Virus record (IMG/VR): IMGVR_UViG_3300035190_000328
Span: 1-53,058 of that record
DNA length: 53,058 nucleotides
Source of the DNA: a virus
Lineage: Duplodnaviria; Caudoviricetes
Strand: one strand, 5' to 3'
Part shown: positions 16,830 through 26,475 of the stretch, one piece after another
How positions within the stretch are numbered: the stretch's first letter is position 1
Layout: every line of letters begins with the position of its first letter
Notes under the pieces: generated by a model
What the model was told of the DNA's origin: nothing
Databases searched by the model: none
Seen by the model: the letters and a program-made list of their open reading frames with translations, nothing else
Program-made: the position numbers and the translations under genes

Positions 16830-17863
16830 GTTTAAAAGAGAGGATAGCTGAAGGAATATCAGGTAAGTACGAAGGTCTGGCTAATGGTTTCAAGGATTTA
16901 AATAAATTTATATTTGGAGTTCAAAGAAAGTGTTATACTTTAATTGGTGGAGCTTCAGGTACTTTTAAAACTACATTATTAGATTATATAATTCTTAATG
17001 CAATGTTAGATGCTGATAAGAAAAATATACCTATAGATGTATTTTATTACTCATTTGAAATAGATAAAATATCTAAGATGTGTAACTGGACTGCTCAAAT
17101 GGTTTATATGAAATATGGAGTAGTTATTAAACCAGAATCTATTAAAGGTTTAGGAGATAATAGATTAACTATTGATGAACAAGCTATGGTTGATGATGTT
17201 ACTCCTGAAGTAGAAGAACTATTTAGTAGAATTAAGTTTACATTTCATCCTTTAAACCCTACTGGAATCTACAATGAAATCTTTAAATATTGTGAAACTC
17301 AAGGAGAACTGTTGTATGAGCCTTATACTGATGAGTTAGGACAAGAAAAACAGAAGATTGTAGGCTATAAACCTAAAGATAGTAGGTATATTATTGTAGC
17401 TGTAGATCATATCTACCTTGCAAAAAAAGAAAGAGGATTTACTACTAAAGAAAATATAGATAAATTAAGTGAATATTTAGTAGCTTTAAGAAATATATTT
17501 AGTATATCTCCTATAATCCTACAGCAGTACAATCAGGGATTGTCAGCAACTGACAGATTAAAGTTTAAAGGAGCTGATATTTCACCTCAACAGACTGATT
17601 TTAAAGACAGCACTAATCCATATCAGGACAGTGATGTAGCATTAGGTATAATGAATCCATATAAGATGGATATGGATACTTGTTTAGGTTATAATCTTGA
17701 TATATTAGAAGATAGGTTTATAATGATTAAGATAATTAAAAATAGATTATCAAGAGATAATATAGCTAAAGGAGTAGTAGTACATCCAGAATCAGGTAGA
17801 TTTGTAGAATTACCTAGTCCTAAAGAAATGAAAACACCAGCAGATTACAAGAAATATTTATAA
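16826..17863 (+). CDS. DnaB-like replicative helicase
   Basis: Walker A GGASGTFKT, YYSFE, VDH, QQYN and KNR. Confidence 0.85.
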   Translation: MSLKERIAEGISGKYEGLANGFKDLNKFIFGVQRKCYTLIGGASGTFKTTLLDYIILNAMLDADKKNIPIDVFYYSFEIDKISKMCNWTAQMVYMKYGVVIKPESIKGLGDNRLTIDEQAMVDDVTPEVEELFSRIKFTFHPLNPTGIYNEIFKYCETQGELLYEPYTDELGQEKQKIVGYKPKDSRYIIVAVDHIYLAKKERGFTTKENIDKLSEYLVALRNIFSISPIILQQYNQGLSATDRLKFKGADISPQQTDFKDSTNPYQDSDVALGIMNPYKMDMDTCLGYNLDILEDRFIMIKIIKNRLSRDNIAKGVVVHPESGRFVELPSPKEMKTPADYKKYL

Positions 17864-17891
17864 CAATTATGAAAACAACACTAAGTAAAAT

Positions 17892-18701
17892 ATGATAGAA
17901 TTACCAACAGAAAGAAAAGCCCCAACAGTACTAGAACCCAAGAGATTAGTTATTATTTCTCATCCTAAAATTGGAAAAACAGCTTTAGCATCAGCATTAC
18001 CTAAATCTTTAATATTAGACTTAGAAGGTGGTGCAGGATATTATGAGAACACTTGTATTGATGTTAAACAGCTTTGTATAGATAAATCTACACCTGAGAA
18101 GAAATATACTATGAGAACTGCTTTAAAAGACATTTCTGATACTATTAAAGCTAAAATAACTGCTGATAAAAAATCTCCTTATGATTTTCTAATTATAGAT
18201 ACTACAACAGTATTAGAAGAAATTGCAAGAGGTTACGCTACAGTTTTATATAAACAAACTCCACTAGGTAAAAATTTCTTAGGTACTGATGTAGTTTCAG
18301 ATTTATCCAACGGGGCTGGCTATGATTGGTTAAGAAGGGCTTTCTTAGAAATTTATAAATGGTTTGATGGAACTTATAATAAATCTTTAATTTTATTAGG
18401 TCATATTAAAACTGCTTCTATTACTAAAGAAGGTAAAGATATAGCTGCTAGGGATATACAATTAACAGGTAAACTTAAAGGCATAGTAACTTCAGATGCA
18501 GATGCTATAGGTTTTATGTTTAGAAACAAAGAATCTAATCAAAATATCTTATCTTTTAAATCTTCTGAAACAGATTTAGCTACAGGTTCTAGGCAGCCTT
18601 ATTTAACTGGTAGAGAGATAATTATATCAGAGTTAAAAGATGGTAAATTAGAAACACATTGGGAAGAAATTTACCCAAGTTTGAAAAATGAGAAAATATA
18701 G
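17892..18701 (+). CDS. AAA_24/Sak4-like ATPase
   Basis: HPKIGKT, LDLEGG, IIDT, LGH and DAIG. Confidence 0.85.
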   Translation: MIELPTERKAPTVLEPKRLVIISHPKIGKTALASALPKSLILDLEGGAGYYENTCIDVKQLCIDKSTPEKKYTMRTALKDISDTIKAKITADKKSPYDFLIIDTTTVLEEIARGYATVLYKQTPLGKNFLGTDVVSDLSNGAGYDWLRRAFLEIYKWFDGTYNKSLILLGHIKTASITKEGKDIAARDIQLTGKLKGIVTSDADAIGFMFRNKESNQNILSFKSSETDLATGSRQPYLTGREIIISELKDGKLETHWEEIYPSLKNEKI

Positions 18702-18915
18702 ATTTTTTTATCATTATAATAAAAATTTAGGGCAAATGTCTATTCATTTTAGAAACAAATGTTATATTGTAGACAAGTTAATTTGTCATACTACTTGTGA
18801 AACAAAATGGAATAAAACTCAACCTAGATTAGTTATGCAAGGATTTGCAAGCCAAGTAATAATATCTGATAGAGATATAACTGATAATAAAATAGTAGGT
18901 AATATTATAGACTAA
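18688..18915 (+). CDS. hypothetical protein
   Basis: 75 aa, FFYHYNK...QPRLVMQG. Confidence 0.65.
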   Translation: MRKYRFFYHYNKNLGQMSIHFRNKCYIVDKLICHTTCETKWNKTQPRLVMQGFASQVIISDRDITDNKIVGNIID

Positions 18916-18921
18916 ATAAAA

Positions 18922-19074
18922 ATGAGTATAGAAACACTTAAAAAGAATTTATTAACAGCTTATAATAGTTGTAATAAAAGTAAAAAAGAGCATTTAATCA
19001 AATTTCATGGATTTAAAAACTCTTCAGAATTTTTAAGGTTTTTAAAAACTGAAAAACAATTAAAAAATAAATAA
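18922..19074 (+). CDS. hypothetical protein (50 aa, not in ORF track)
   Basis: MSIETLKKNLLTAYNS...KNK fills the gap between genes. Confidence 0.5.
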   Translation: MSIETLKKNLLTAYNSCNKSKKEHLIKFHGFKNSSEFLRFLKTEKQLKNK

Positions 19075-19095
19075 CAACTAAAATTAAGAAAAATT

Positions 19096-19845
19096 ATGGG
19101 ATTTGAGAGTTCAGAGTACACAAAAACCTACTACGCAGGGCGTACAACACTTAGAGTGCTTGGTGTTAATCCAACAAAAAGTCAATTAGAAGAATGGGGT
19201 TTCAAACCTCAAGGAGATCCAAGTTACATTAATGGAGATAAAGCTAGAGCAGCATTTTATTTTAAAGATACTACTACTAACCTTATCTACAATACAGCAT
19301 TCTTTGTAGAAAATGTAGATAGGAAATCTAATGCTGGTGATAAAACACAATGGATTAATAAAGCAGGTCAAACATGGTGGGGCGCAGATTCTACTCCTAC
19401 TCAAGCATGGCAATCTACAGAAGGTGTTAGAGCAGCTAAAAAAGGTGAATCAGATTTAGTAGATTTTGTTAAAGTATGGTTATCAGCTTATAAAGAATGT
19501 CAATTTACTCCAGAAGAAATAGAAGCTATTTCTAAAGGTGATGTTACAGTTCTTAAAGCTATGGCTATTGAAAATACTACTAAATTTGTAGGTGCTTTAG
19601 TAGGTGTACAAAATGCAGGTGATGGTAAATATTATAACAAACTAGGTACTTTCTGTGGAGCTAAATCAACTCCTGAAAAATTCTCTGTAGGTTTTACTAA
19701 ATTTATTGATGGTAATCCTAAAAATACAAATGAATATTACTTTGGTGTAATACCATTTGAATTAACAGAAATTACAGAACCAGAGAAATTACCATTTGGA
19801 CAAGCTAGTAATCCTCAAGCTTTAATGCAAGAAAACGAACTATAA
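19096..19845 (+). CDS. putative single-stranded DNA-binding protein
   Basis: Lies between the ATPase and primase; VLGVNP and KTQWINKAGQT..W patterns; biased codons. Confidence 0.55.
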   Translation: MGFESSEYTKTYYAGRTTLRVLGVNPTKSQLEEWGFKPQGDPSYINGDKARAAFYFKDTTTNLIYNTAFFVENVDRKSNAGDKTQWINKAGQTWWGADSTPTQAWQSTEGVRAAKKGESDLVDFVKVWLSAYKECQFTPEEIEAISKGDVTVLKAMAIENTTKFVGALVGVQNAGDGKYYNKLGTFCGAKSTPEKFSVGFTKFIDGNPKNTNEYYFGVIPFELTEITEPEKLPFGQASNPQALMQENEL

Positions 19846-20870
19846 TGTTTATAAGTATTGATAGTACAAAAGACTTTATTCTATCTAAGGTAACTGACTA
19901 TCAAATATTTAAATATTATTTTCCAGATTATGAACCATGTTCAGGTTCAACTAATAGTCCATTAAGAGTAGATAATACCCCTTCCTTCACAATCTTTAGG
20001 ACTAAGAAGGAGGGGTATTTATTCTACCATGATTTTAGTAGAAAAGATACTGGAGATTGTTTTACATTTGTACAGAAGTTATTATCTTATAGAAAAGGAG
20101 TTAAAATAAGCTATTCTCAGGCTTTAGATACAATCATTGAGGACTTTGATCTTATACAAAATAATAATGCAACAGAAAACTTTAAAAAGCCTAAAAAGCA
20201 TATAATTACTAAAGATAAGAATACAAGTTCTAAATATTCAGTAGAAGTTAAGGTTAAAGAATATACTAAAGCAGATTTAAATTTCTGGGAAGAATATGGT
20301 ATTACCTTACAAACTTTAAAGAAATTCCATGTATTTCCTGTTAGTATTATTTATATAAATGGAAATCCTATTTATTGTAATACAAGGACTTATGGATTCT
20401 TAGAAGCTAAGGATAAACAATATTCATGGAAAATATATCAACCTTTTAATACTGAACATAAATGGATTAATTCTAATGATAAATCTGTATGGCAATGTTG
20501 GACACAATTACCCCCTACAGGAGATTTATTAATAATAACTAAAAGTAGAAAGGATATAATGGCTTTATATGAAGCTGGTTATGTATCTACAGGTTTACAA
20601 AATGAAGGTATTATTCCTAAACCTCAAGTTATTGCAGAATTAAAACAAAGATTTAAACAAATAATACTATTGTATGATAATGATGAACAAGGTAAACTAT
20701 CTTCTAAAAGTATCTCTGAAAAATATAATATACCAAGAATAGAAATTCCAGAAGGTATTTATGGTTCAGTAGGAGAAATGGTAAAAGATTACTCTGATTT
20801 AGTTAAAGCAATAGGAAAAGAAGAAAGTGAAATATTAATTAAAGAATTAATAAATAAAATATTATGGTAA
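19845..20870 (+). CDS. DNA primase (DnaG/TOPRIM)
   Basis: SPLRVDNTPSF...DFS...GD domain; ITKSRKD, YDND and KDYSD. Confidence 0.9.
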   Translation: MFISIDSTKDFILSKVTDYQIFKYYFPDYEPCSGSTNSPLRVDNTPSFTIFRTKKEGYLFYHDFSRKDTGDCFTFVQKLLSYRKGVKISYSQALDTIIEDFDLIQNNNATENFKKPKKHIITKDKNTSSKYSVEVKVKEYTKADLNFWEEYGITLQTLKKFHVFPVSIIYINGNPIYCNTRTYGFLEAKDKQYSWKIYQPFNTEHKWINSNDKSVWQCWTQLPPTGDLLIITKSRKDIMALYEAGYVSTGLQNEGIIPKPQVIAELKQRFKQIILLYDNDEQGKLSSKSISEKYNIPRIEIPEGIYGSVGEMVKDYSDLVKAIGKEESEILIKELINKILW

Positions 20871-21139
20871 AGAAAGAAGATTTTATAAAAGCTTATAATA
20901 AATATAATGGTAATATTCCTAAAATAGCTGAAAAGCTTAATATGTTACCTAATACAGCTTATAAAGCTAGGCAAAGGTATTTAGAAGCTAATAATCCTGT
21001 TAAAATAGTTAACAAAACAGAATCTGTTGTTAATAAGATTAGAGTTAAAGTAAATACTCAGATGTACCCTGAAGCTTTAACTAATTTTATTAAAGATATG
21101 CAGAAAGATGGTAAAACAATAACTTTAACTGTTAGTTAA
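20864..21139 (+). CDS. HTH DNA-binding protein
   Basis: GNIPKIAEKLNMLPNTAYK. Confidence 0.7.
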   Translation: MVKKEDFIKAYNKYNGNIPKIAEKLNMLPNTAYKARQRYLEANNPVKIVNKTESVVNKIRVKVNTQMYPEALTNFIKDMQKDGKTITLTVS

Positions 21140-21540
21140 TGATTTTCATACCATATAATGTACCTTCTAGTAAGAATAACAGAAGGAATTTTGGAAAATT
21201 CTCACTCTTATCAAAAAATGCCCAAAATTATTTAGATATAACCAAAGCTATTTATAAAGACAAAAGAGCAGAATTTCTTCAGATGTTAGAAGGTAAAGAA
21301 AAACCATATCTATTAGGAATGCACTTTGTAAGAGGCTCTAAGCATAAAGCAGATTTTCAGAATCTAGTTCAATTGCCACTTGATATTATGCAAAAAGAAG
21401 GTATTAATTGGTTAGAAAATGATAGTGTTGAAGATTGTTTTCCAATACCCTTTGAAATAGATGGTAAGTTATGTAGTTATAATAAAGATAATCCAGGTGT
21501 TTATATTAAAGTGTTTAACAAAATGATTTTAGAAGAATAA
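21139..21540 (+). CDS. RusA-like resolvase/nuclease
   Basis: VPSSKN, D..N...P.D...W..ND and DNPGVYI. Confidence 0.7.
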   Translation: MIFIPYNVPSSKNNRRNFGKFSLLSKNAQNYLDITKAIYKDKRAEFLQMLEGKEKPYLLGMHFVRGSKHKADFQNLVQLPLDIMQKEGINWLENDSVEDCFPIPFEIDGKLCSYNKDNPGVYIKVFNKMILEE

Positions 21541-21554
21541 TTAAAAATAAATAT

Positions 21555-21806
21555 ATGGAAAAAATACCAACAGCAGAGGAATTTTTAAATAAGTATAAAT
21601 TTAAATCAGGAGAACATATAGGAAATAGTGATTATGATTTAATGGCTCAATACGCTGTAGAATTTGCTAAACTTCATGTAAAAGCTGCTCTTGAAGCTGC
21701 CGCTGAAAATGCTAAAGCATTTCATCAATACCCTTGGACACATAATGACCCTTATGTAGATGTACATAGTGTAACAAGCGCTTACCCAGAATCTAATATA
21801 GTTTAA
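21555..21806 (+). CDS. hypothetical protein
   Basis: IPTAEEFL...FAKLHVKAAL...AYPESNI. Confidence 0.7.
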   Translation: MEKIPTAEEFLNKYKFKSGEHIGNSDYDLMAQYAVEFAKLHVKAALEAAAENAKAFHQYPWTHNDPYVDVHSVTSAYPESNIV

Positions 21807-21807
21807 T

Positions 21808-22695
21808 ATGGGATTAAGTATAGCAGAGTATAGAGCATTACCTCATTTTTCATATAGTCAGATAAGTGCTTATATTAAAAGCCCTATACAATATAAAAAA
21901 GTTTATATTGATGGAGAAAAACAAGATTGGGGACATAAACCTGCAATGATTACTGGAGATTTAATTGACACAATTTTGACTGCTCCTGATACTTTTAAAG
22001 AGAGGTTTTTAGTTAGGGATTATCAAAAACCTTCAGGGCAATTATTAGAGTATGTAGAATTTTTAGTAGCTGCCTCTACAATAAAGTTAGAAGTGTCTGC
22101 TGAAGAATATGCTTTTAGAATGGTAGGTGCTAAAAAAAGAACTCTTGAATATTTTAAAGAGGAATTTGATAAATCTGGAAGAGATTACTATGAATTTAGA
22201 ACTTCTGATATTACTTGGGTAACTCCTTTTGAATATGATAGGGCTTTATTAGTAGTTAATAAACTTGAAAGTAATCCTGAAACTGCTAAATTATTAGAAG
22301 GTACAGAAAGACAAAAAGCTTTTATTAAAGAAGATTGTTTTGGTGGTTATACTTTTAAAGGATTATTAGATATGTACAAAGTAGGTTGTGCTACTGATTT
22401 AAAGATTGTATCAGAAGAAAGTCCTAAGCAATTTGAGAGTAAGATTAAGATGTTTAATTATCATATTCAAAGCGCAGTTTATACAGAAATTACAGGAGAA
22501 AAGGATTTAAACTTTTTGGTAGTCAACCCAAATTATCCTGATTATCCTATGATATGGAAGTTATCTGAGAAAGATTTAGAATTTGGTAAACAAGAAATAA
22601 TAAGATGTTTAAGAGAAATAGAGCAACGTGTAGAGAGTAATAACTGGTATTACCCTATAACAGGTATGTATGGGATTACCAATATTTTTGGTTAA
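21808..22695 (+). CDS. PD-(D/E)xK exonuclease (RecE/ExoVIII-like)
   Basis: SYSQI, KGLLD, DLK and YHIQSAVY. Confidence 0.85.
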   Translation: MGLSIAEYRALPHFSYSQISAYIKSPIQYKKVYIDGEKQDWGHKPAMITGDLIDTILTAPDTFKERFLVRDYQKPSGQLLEYVEFLVAASTIKLEVSAEEYAFRMVGAKKRTLEYFKEEFDKSGRDYYEFRTSDITWVTPFEYDRALLVVNKLESNPETAKLLEGTERQKAFIKEDCFGGYTFKGLLDMYKVGCATDLKIVSEESPKQFESKIKMFNYHIQSAVYTEITGEKDLNFLVVNPNYPDYPMIWKLSEKDLEFGKQEIIRCLREIEQRVESNNWYYPITGMYGITNIFG

Positions 22696-22696
22696 A

Positions 22697-23350
22697 ATGA
22701 TAGACCTTAGAGAGGCAAATAGAAGTACAGTTTATTTATTACCCTTAGTAGGTAGGGGAGTAACCTATGATAAAATAAAACCTTATTATGTAAATACCTA
22801 TTTGTCAGGTATTGAAGGTTTTAAAGTACATAATCCTTTGTATTTAGTATTGAATTATGAAGATACAGATGGTTATAATAATACAGAACAACTCTTAACC
22901 CAAAGTGTTTATTATGTAGATTACAAAGAGTTAAATGAAAAACAAACAGTATATGCTTTTGACATACCTGAAGAGCATTATACCAAGTTTTTAAATGGTA
23001 AGTATAGTGAGTTTACCCCTCAGTTTAAAGATTCTATTTTAACATTTTATAAACTTAACTTCCACCATCCTGATAACCTATTGTTATTGATTTTAAGGAA
23101 AGATAGATCCTTAAAGCATCTTCACATGAAGAACTTAGGATGTATTAAAGATGGTGGTTGTAAATGTGTTATAGATACATATCCTGAACAGGTTAAACAA
23201 CATGGTACTACTAGTGTAACATATCATGTAGATGAATGTCCTTCTTATATTAAATGTAAGTATTATAAAGTACCTGTTAAGGAGAGTATTACAGATGATG
23301 CTGAATTAGATGATATTCCAGATTTTAATAAAGAAACTTATGAAAGCTGA
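22697..23350 (+). CDS. hypothetical replication-module protein
   Basis: GKYSEF motif and Cys-rich C-terminal part; probable start 22697. Confidence 0.7.
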   Translation: MIDLREANRSTVYLLPLVGRGVTYDKIKPYYVNTYLSGIEGFKVHNPLYLVLNYEDTDGYNNTEQLLTQSVYYVDYKELNEKQTVYAFDIPEEHYTKFLNGKYSEFTPQFKDSILTFYKLNFHHPDNLLLLILRKDRSLKHLHMKNLGCIKDGGCKCVIDTYPEQVKQHGTTSVTYHVDECPSYIKCKYYKVPVKESITDDAELDDIPDFNKETYES

Positions 23351-24011
23351 GACTAAAGATAAATTAGGTTCATGGTATACTACATATCCTACTACATTTG
23401 ATAAAATAGATAATATAGTTAAAGCTTTAGATTTTAAGAATATATGCCCTGCTCCTCAAGATATACTTAATTGTTTTTATAAGTGTAAATATGAGAATTT
23501 AAGAGTAATTTTTGTTGGACAGGATCCATACAGTACTTCTTTTAATTTTAGCTTTAAGAATTATCTCCACGCAAATGGTTTAGCCTTCTCTGTTGTACAT
23601 GAATGCCAAGTTTTACCCCCTTCTTTACAGAAAATAGAAGAACAGGTTTTAGACCAAGGTTATATATTTTTAGATAAAACTCTGGAAAGTTGGGCAGAAC
23701 AAGGTGTTTTACTATTAAATAGTTCATTAACTACAGAGAAAAATACCCCAGCAGTTCATATTAATGTTTGGAAACCTTTTATTGAAGAGTTATTAAAAGA
23801 AGTTACTATCAATAATCCAGGGTTACCTATAGCATTAATAGGAAAGTATGCTCAAGGTTTTGAATCTGTTTTAAGTAGTAATTCTCATATTTTTAAAGTA
23901 GAACATCCAGCAGCAGCAAGTTATAATAACAGAACTTGGAACAGCGATGGAATTTTCTTGAAAATTAACGGTATTTTACATAAAAATAATGGAGAAACTA
24001 TTAGTTGGTAA
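23340..24011 (+). CDS. ung: uracil-DNA glycosylase family 1
   Basis: GQDPY, GLAFS, PPSL, WAEQGVLLLN and HP. Confidence 0.92.
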   Translation: MKAETKDKLGSWYTTYPTTFDKIDNIVKALDFKNICPAPQDILNCFYKCKYENLRVIFVGQDPYSTSFNFSFKNYLHANGLAFSVVHECQVLPPSLQKIEEQVLDQGYIFLDKTLESWAEQGVLLLNSSLTTEKNTPAVHINVWKPFIEELLKEVTINNPGLPIALIGKYAQGFESVLSSNSHIFKVEHPAAASYNNRTWNSDGIFLKINGILHKNNGETISW

Positions 24012-24023
24012 TAAGTTAAGCAG

Positions 24024-24031
24024 TATATTTG
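24024..24031 (+). promoter_or_regulatory. Bacteroidota-type -7 promoter element
   Basis: Intergenic TATATTTG, in the same TATATTTGTA context as 12062. Confidence 0.5.
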
Positions 24032-24048
24032 TAAAAAATTAAAAATCT

Positions 24049-24363
24049 ATGGTAAACCAACTAAAAGAATATCCAGAAACTTATGCTAAATTCAATGAAT
24101 TTTGTTTAGTAGATGAAGACAGTACTTATTTTCTTACAGAAGTACAAACATTTTTAGAGAATGAAGGCTTCTTATTTAGCTTTAATAGAGCTGTCTTTAA
24201 TGTAATTAAGCAAGAGAATGTTCCAATGCACTCAGCCACCTTTAAAATGAGATTTAAGACTACTTCTAAAGTAGAAGATGTTAAAGTTATGAATGCAATT
24301 GATGAATATTTTATGGATAAAGAAAATCTATTTATAAGCTGTTTTGAAATATTAGAATATTAA
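24049..24363 (+). CDS. hypothetical protein
   Basis: 104 aa. Confidence 0.7.
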   Translation: MVNQLKEYPETYAKFNEFCLVDEDSTYFLTEVQTFLENEGFLFSFNRAVFNVIKQENVPMHSATFKMRFKTTSKVEDVKVMNAIDEYFMDKENLFISCFEILEY

Positions 24364-24366
24364 ACT

Positions 24367-24654
24367 ATGGGATTAAGTATAGTATCAATTAAAAGAAGTG
24401 AAGTAGAAGGTAAAAATGAATTTGAAGAGTATATTCCTTTAATGGAAGCTTTAGGTTGTAGCCCTAAAGATTACAAAGACCATTATAATCCTTATAATAA
24501 AAGTATAGTAACTGATTTAGAGGAAGCTATTAAAAATTCTAAAGATTATCCTAAAGACTTTTCTTTAACAGAAGAACAAGAAAAACAAATTCCAGAATTA
24601 GAAAAAATCATAGCTGTATGTAAAAATTGGGATTTGTATTTTTGTATTTATTAG
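24367..24654 (+). CDS. hypothetical protein
   Basis: 95 aa. Confidence 0.7.
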   Translation: MGLSIVSIKRSEVEGKNEFEEYIPLMEALGCSPKDYKDHYNPYNKSIVTDLEEAIKNSKDYPKDFSLTEEQEKQIPELEKIIAVCKNWDLYFCIY

Positions 24655-24665
24655 AATATTAAATT

Positions 24666-25028
24666 ATGAATCATTGGGTATATGCAGGTTTAGATAAAAG
24701 AAAGAAAGCTATACCTGTTAGTGAATTAGGGAAAATAGAAACTATATTAAATCTATCTAAAGAGCTTTTTAATGTAAGAAAAAGAAATAAAAATGCAATA
24801 GCTCCAGAAAGGTATATAGGTCTATTAGTAGCTAAAGAATTATTAAATTATGAAAATACTAATATTTTAGCTAAAAATGTTGAAGGTTGGTATGATTTTC
24901 CTAAAAGAAGTGGAATATTAACTTGTTTAAGGAATTATTCAGAATTATTAAAAGTAAACAAAAATTTTAGAGAAAAATATTACAAACTTCTTGAATTAAG
25001 TAAAGAAAAATTAAAAATAAACAATTAA
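24666..25028 (+). CDS. putative DNA-binding protein (DnaA C-terminal-like)
   Basis: Basic and helical; weak resemblance only. Confidence 0.4.
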   Translation: MNHWVYAGLDKRKKAIPVSELGKIETILNLSKELFNVRKRNKNAIAPERYIGLLVAKELLNYENTNILAKNVEGWYDFPKRSGILTCLRNYSELLKVNKNFREKYYKLLELSKEKLKINN

Positions 25029-25052
25029 TATAAACAACAAAAACAATTAAAA

Positions 25053-25580
25053 ATGCGTAAAATTAAATTTCTACCTGATACAGGTAACATTATTACCCTT
25101 GAAGCTGCTGAAGAATTAACAGTAGGTCAATTTATTGAAGCTCTTCAAGAAAAAGGCGGTCAGTTTGATCTATCTAAAAATTTATTAACTGAAAAGAAAT
25201 CTAAAGCTTCTTTTCTAACTTCAGATTCAGTATTACCAGCAGGTGATATTTCTTTGTTTAGTACTATTAAAGATCCTAAAGGTAATGCTCCTACTTCAAG
25301 ATCTGATGTTTATGAAGCTATTAAAGATTTGAAAGCTGCTTATGGTGATTATGTTAAAACTCATTTTGGTAACTACACTCAAGTAGCTACTGATACGTTA
25401 TTACAATTACTAAAAACCTTTAGTAAATCAGAAGCTCGTAAATCTTTAAGCAAAGGTAATGCTAAAACTACTAAAACTGTAGCTAAAAAAGCAGTAACTA
25501 AAACTACTGCTTCTAAAGAAGATTTAGAACTTAGGGCAGCACAAAAATCATTTACTCCTAAAATCTACAGGAATCGTTAA
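25053..25580 (+). CDS. ubiquitin-like (beta-grasp) domain fused to a helical domain and Lys-rich tail
   Basis: Residues 1-77 follow the Ubl pattern (KIKF..GNIITLE, TVGQFIEAL helix, DSVLPAGD-ISLF) and end in PKG77. Confidence 0.7.
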   Translation: MRKIKFLPDTGNIITLEAAEELTVGQFIEALQEKGGQFDLSKNLLTEKKSKASFLTSDSVLPAGDISLFSTIKDPKGNAPTSRSDVYEAIKDLKAAYGDYVKTHFGNYTQVATDTLLQLLKTFSKSEARKSLSKGNAKTTKTVAKKAVTKTTASKEDLELRAAQKSFTPKIYRNR

Positions 25581-25604
25581 TAACTTTTGATTGTTTGTTT
25601 AATT

Positions 25605-25634
25605 AAGGGCTATCTATAATGGGTAGCCCTTTTA
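25605..25634 (+). terminator. intrinsic terminator between the Ubl and E2-like genes
   Basis: AAGGGCTATCT-ATAAT-GGGTAGCCCTTTTT. Confidence 0.8.
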
Positions 25635-25644
25635 TATTTAAATT

Positions 25645-26475
25645 ATGGATAATAAAGAGATATTAAGAAACATAGTATTAGAAGATGAAATAACAAATAT
25701 TTCTTTTAATGAAAATACATTTACTATATACTTTGGAGATGTAGAAAATACTGATAAAGAAGGACATATTTCTTTATTATTAGAAACTTATATAGAAATA
25801 CCTTATGATTTTACAGCAAATAACCTTAAATTACATAGAGGTATAGTAGATATATTAGAGTGTAATCCTAATGATAACAATGAATACTCAGGATTTGTAC
25901 ATTATAATGGCTATAGTTTTTGTTATGGGGGGTGTGGAGTAGATCATACTTGTAATATTATAAGAGCAGATGGATTAACTTCTGATTTATTTAATAAATT
26001 GATAATTCAATTTCAGAATTATCTATCTCATAGTTCCCATAATACTATAGGAACTTCTTGGAGAAAGATAGAATTTACTTCCAATACAACTGTAACAAAT
26101 ACTGTAGATAAATTTATTACTATAGATGGATTAAAAATTCCTCAAATTATAAAGAAAACTACTACTAATACTGTACTTGATAAATTAGTATATACAGAAC
26201 CCTATGAATTTATCAAAGAAGTACCAAGTAAAAAGTTTACATATAATAATGAGATTATAACTCCTAAAATAGTAAAACATAAAATAGAAGGTATTATACA
26301 AGATACACACCAATATATAGGAGTAGATGTTAGGCAAATATTAAAAAATATAAAACAAAAAACAATTCAAAAATATAAAGATGAAATTAATCTTAAACCA
26401 AAATATACTACAGAAAATTTCTTACATAAACTCACAGATAAGTACAGTAGAGTGGATGGGAGTTTTTATATATAA
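25645..26475 (+). CDS. putative E2-like (UBC-fold) protein
   Basis: FVHYNGYSFC93YGG followed by an amphipathic helix; lies between the Ubl and JAB genes. Confidence 0.45.
   Translation: MDNKEILRNIVLEDEITNISFNENTFTIYFGDVENTDKEGHISLLLETYIEIPYDFTANNLKLHRGIVDILECNPNDNNEYSGFVHYNGYSFCYGGCGVDHTCNIIRADGLTSDLFNKLIIQFQNYLSHSSHNTIGTSWRKIEFTSNTTVTNTVDKFITIDGLKIPQIIKKTTTNTVLDKLVYTEPYEFIKEVPSKKFTYNNEIITPKIVKHKIEGIIQDTHQYIGVDVRQILKNIKQKTIQKYKDEINLKPKYTTENFLHKLTDKYSRVDGSFYI

Noticed and set aside
12755-20870. Introns or inteins in the replication genes
   Set aside because: PolA, the helicases and primase are continuous and of normal length, with no homing endonuclease motifs.
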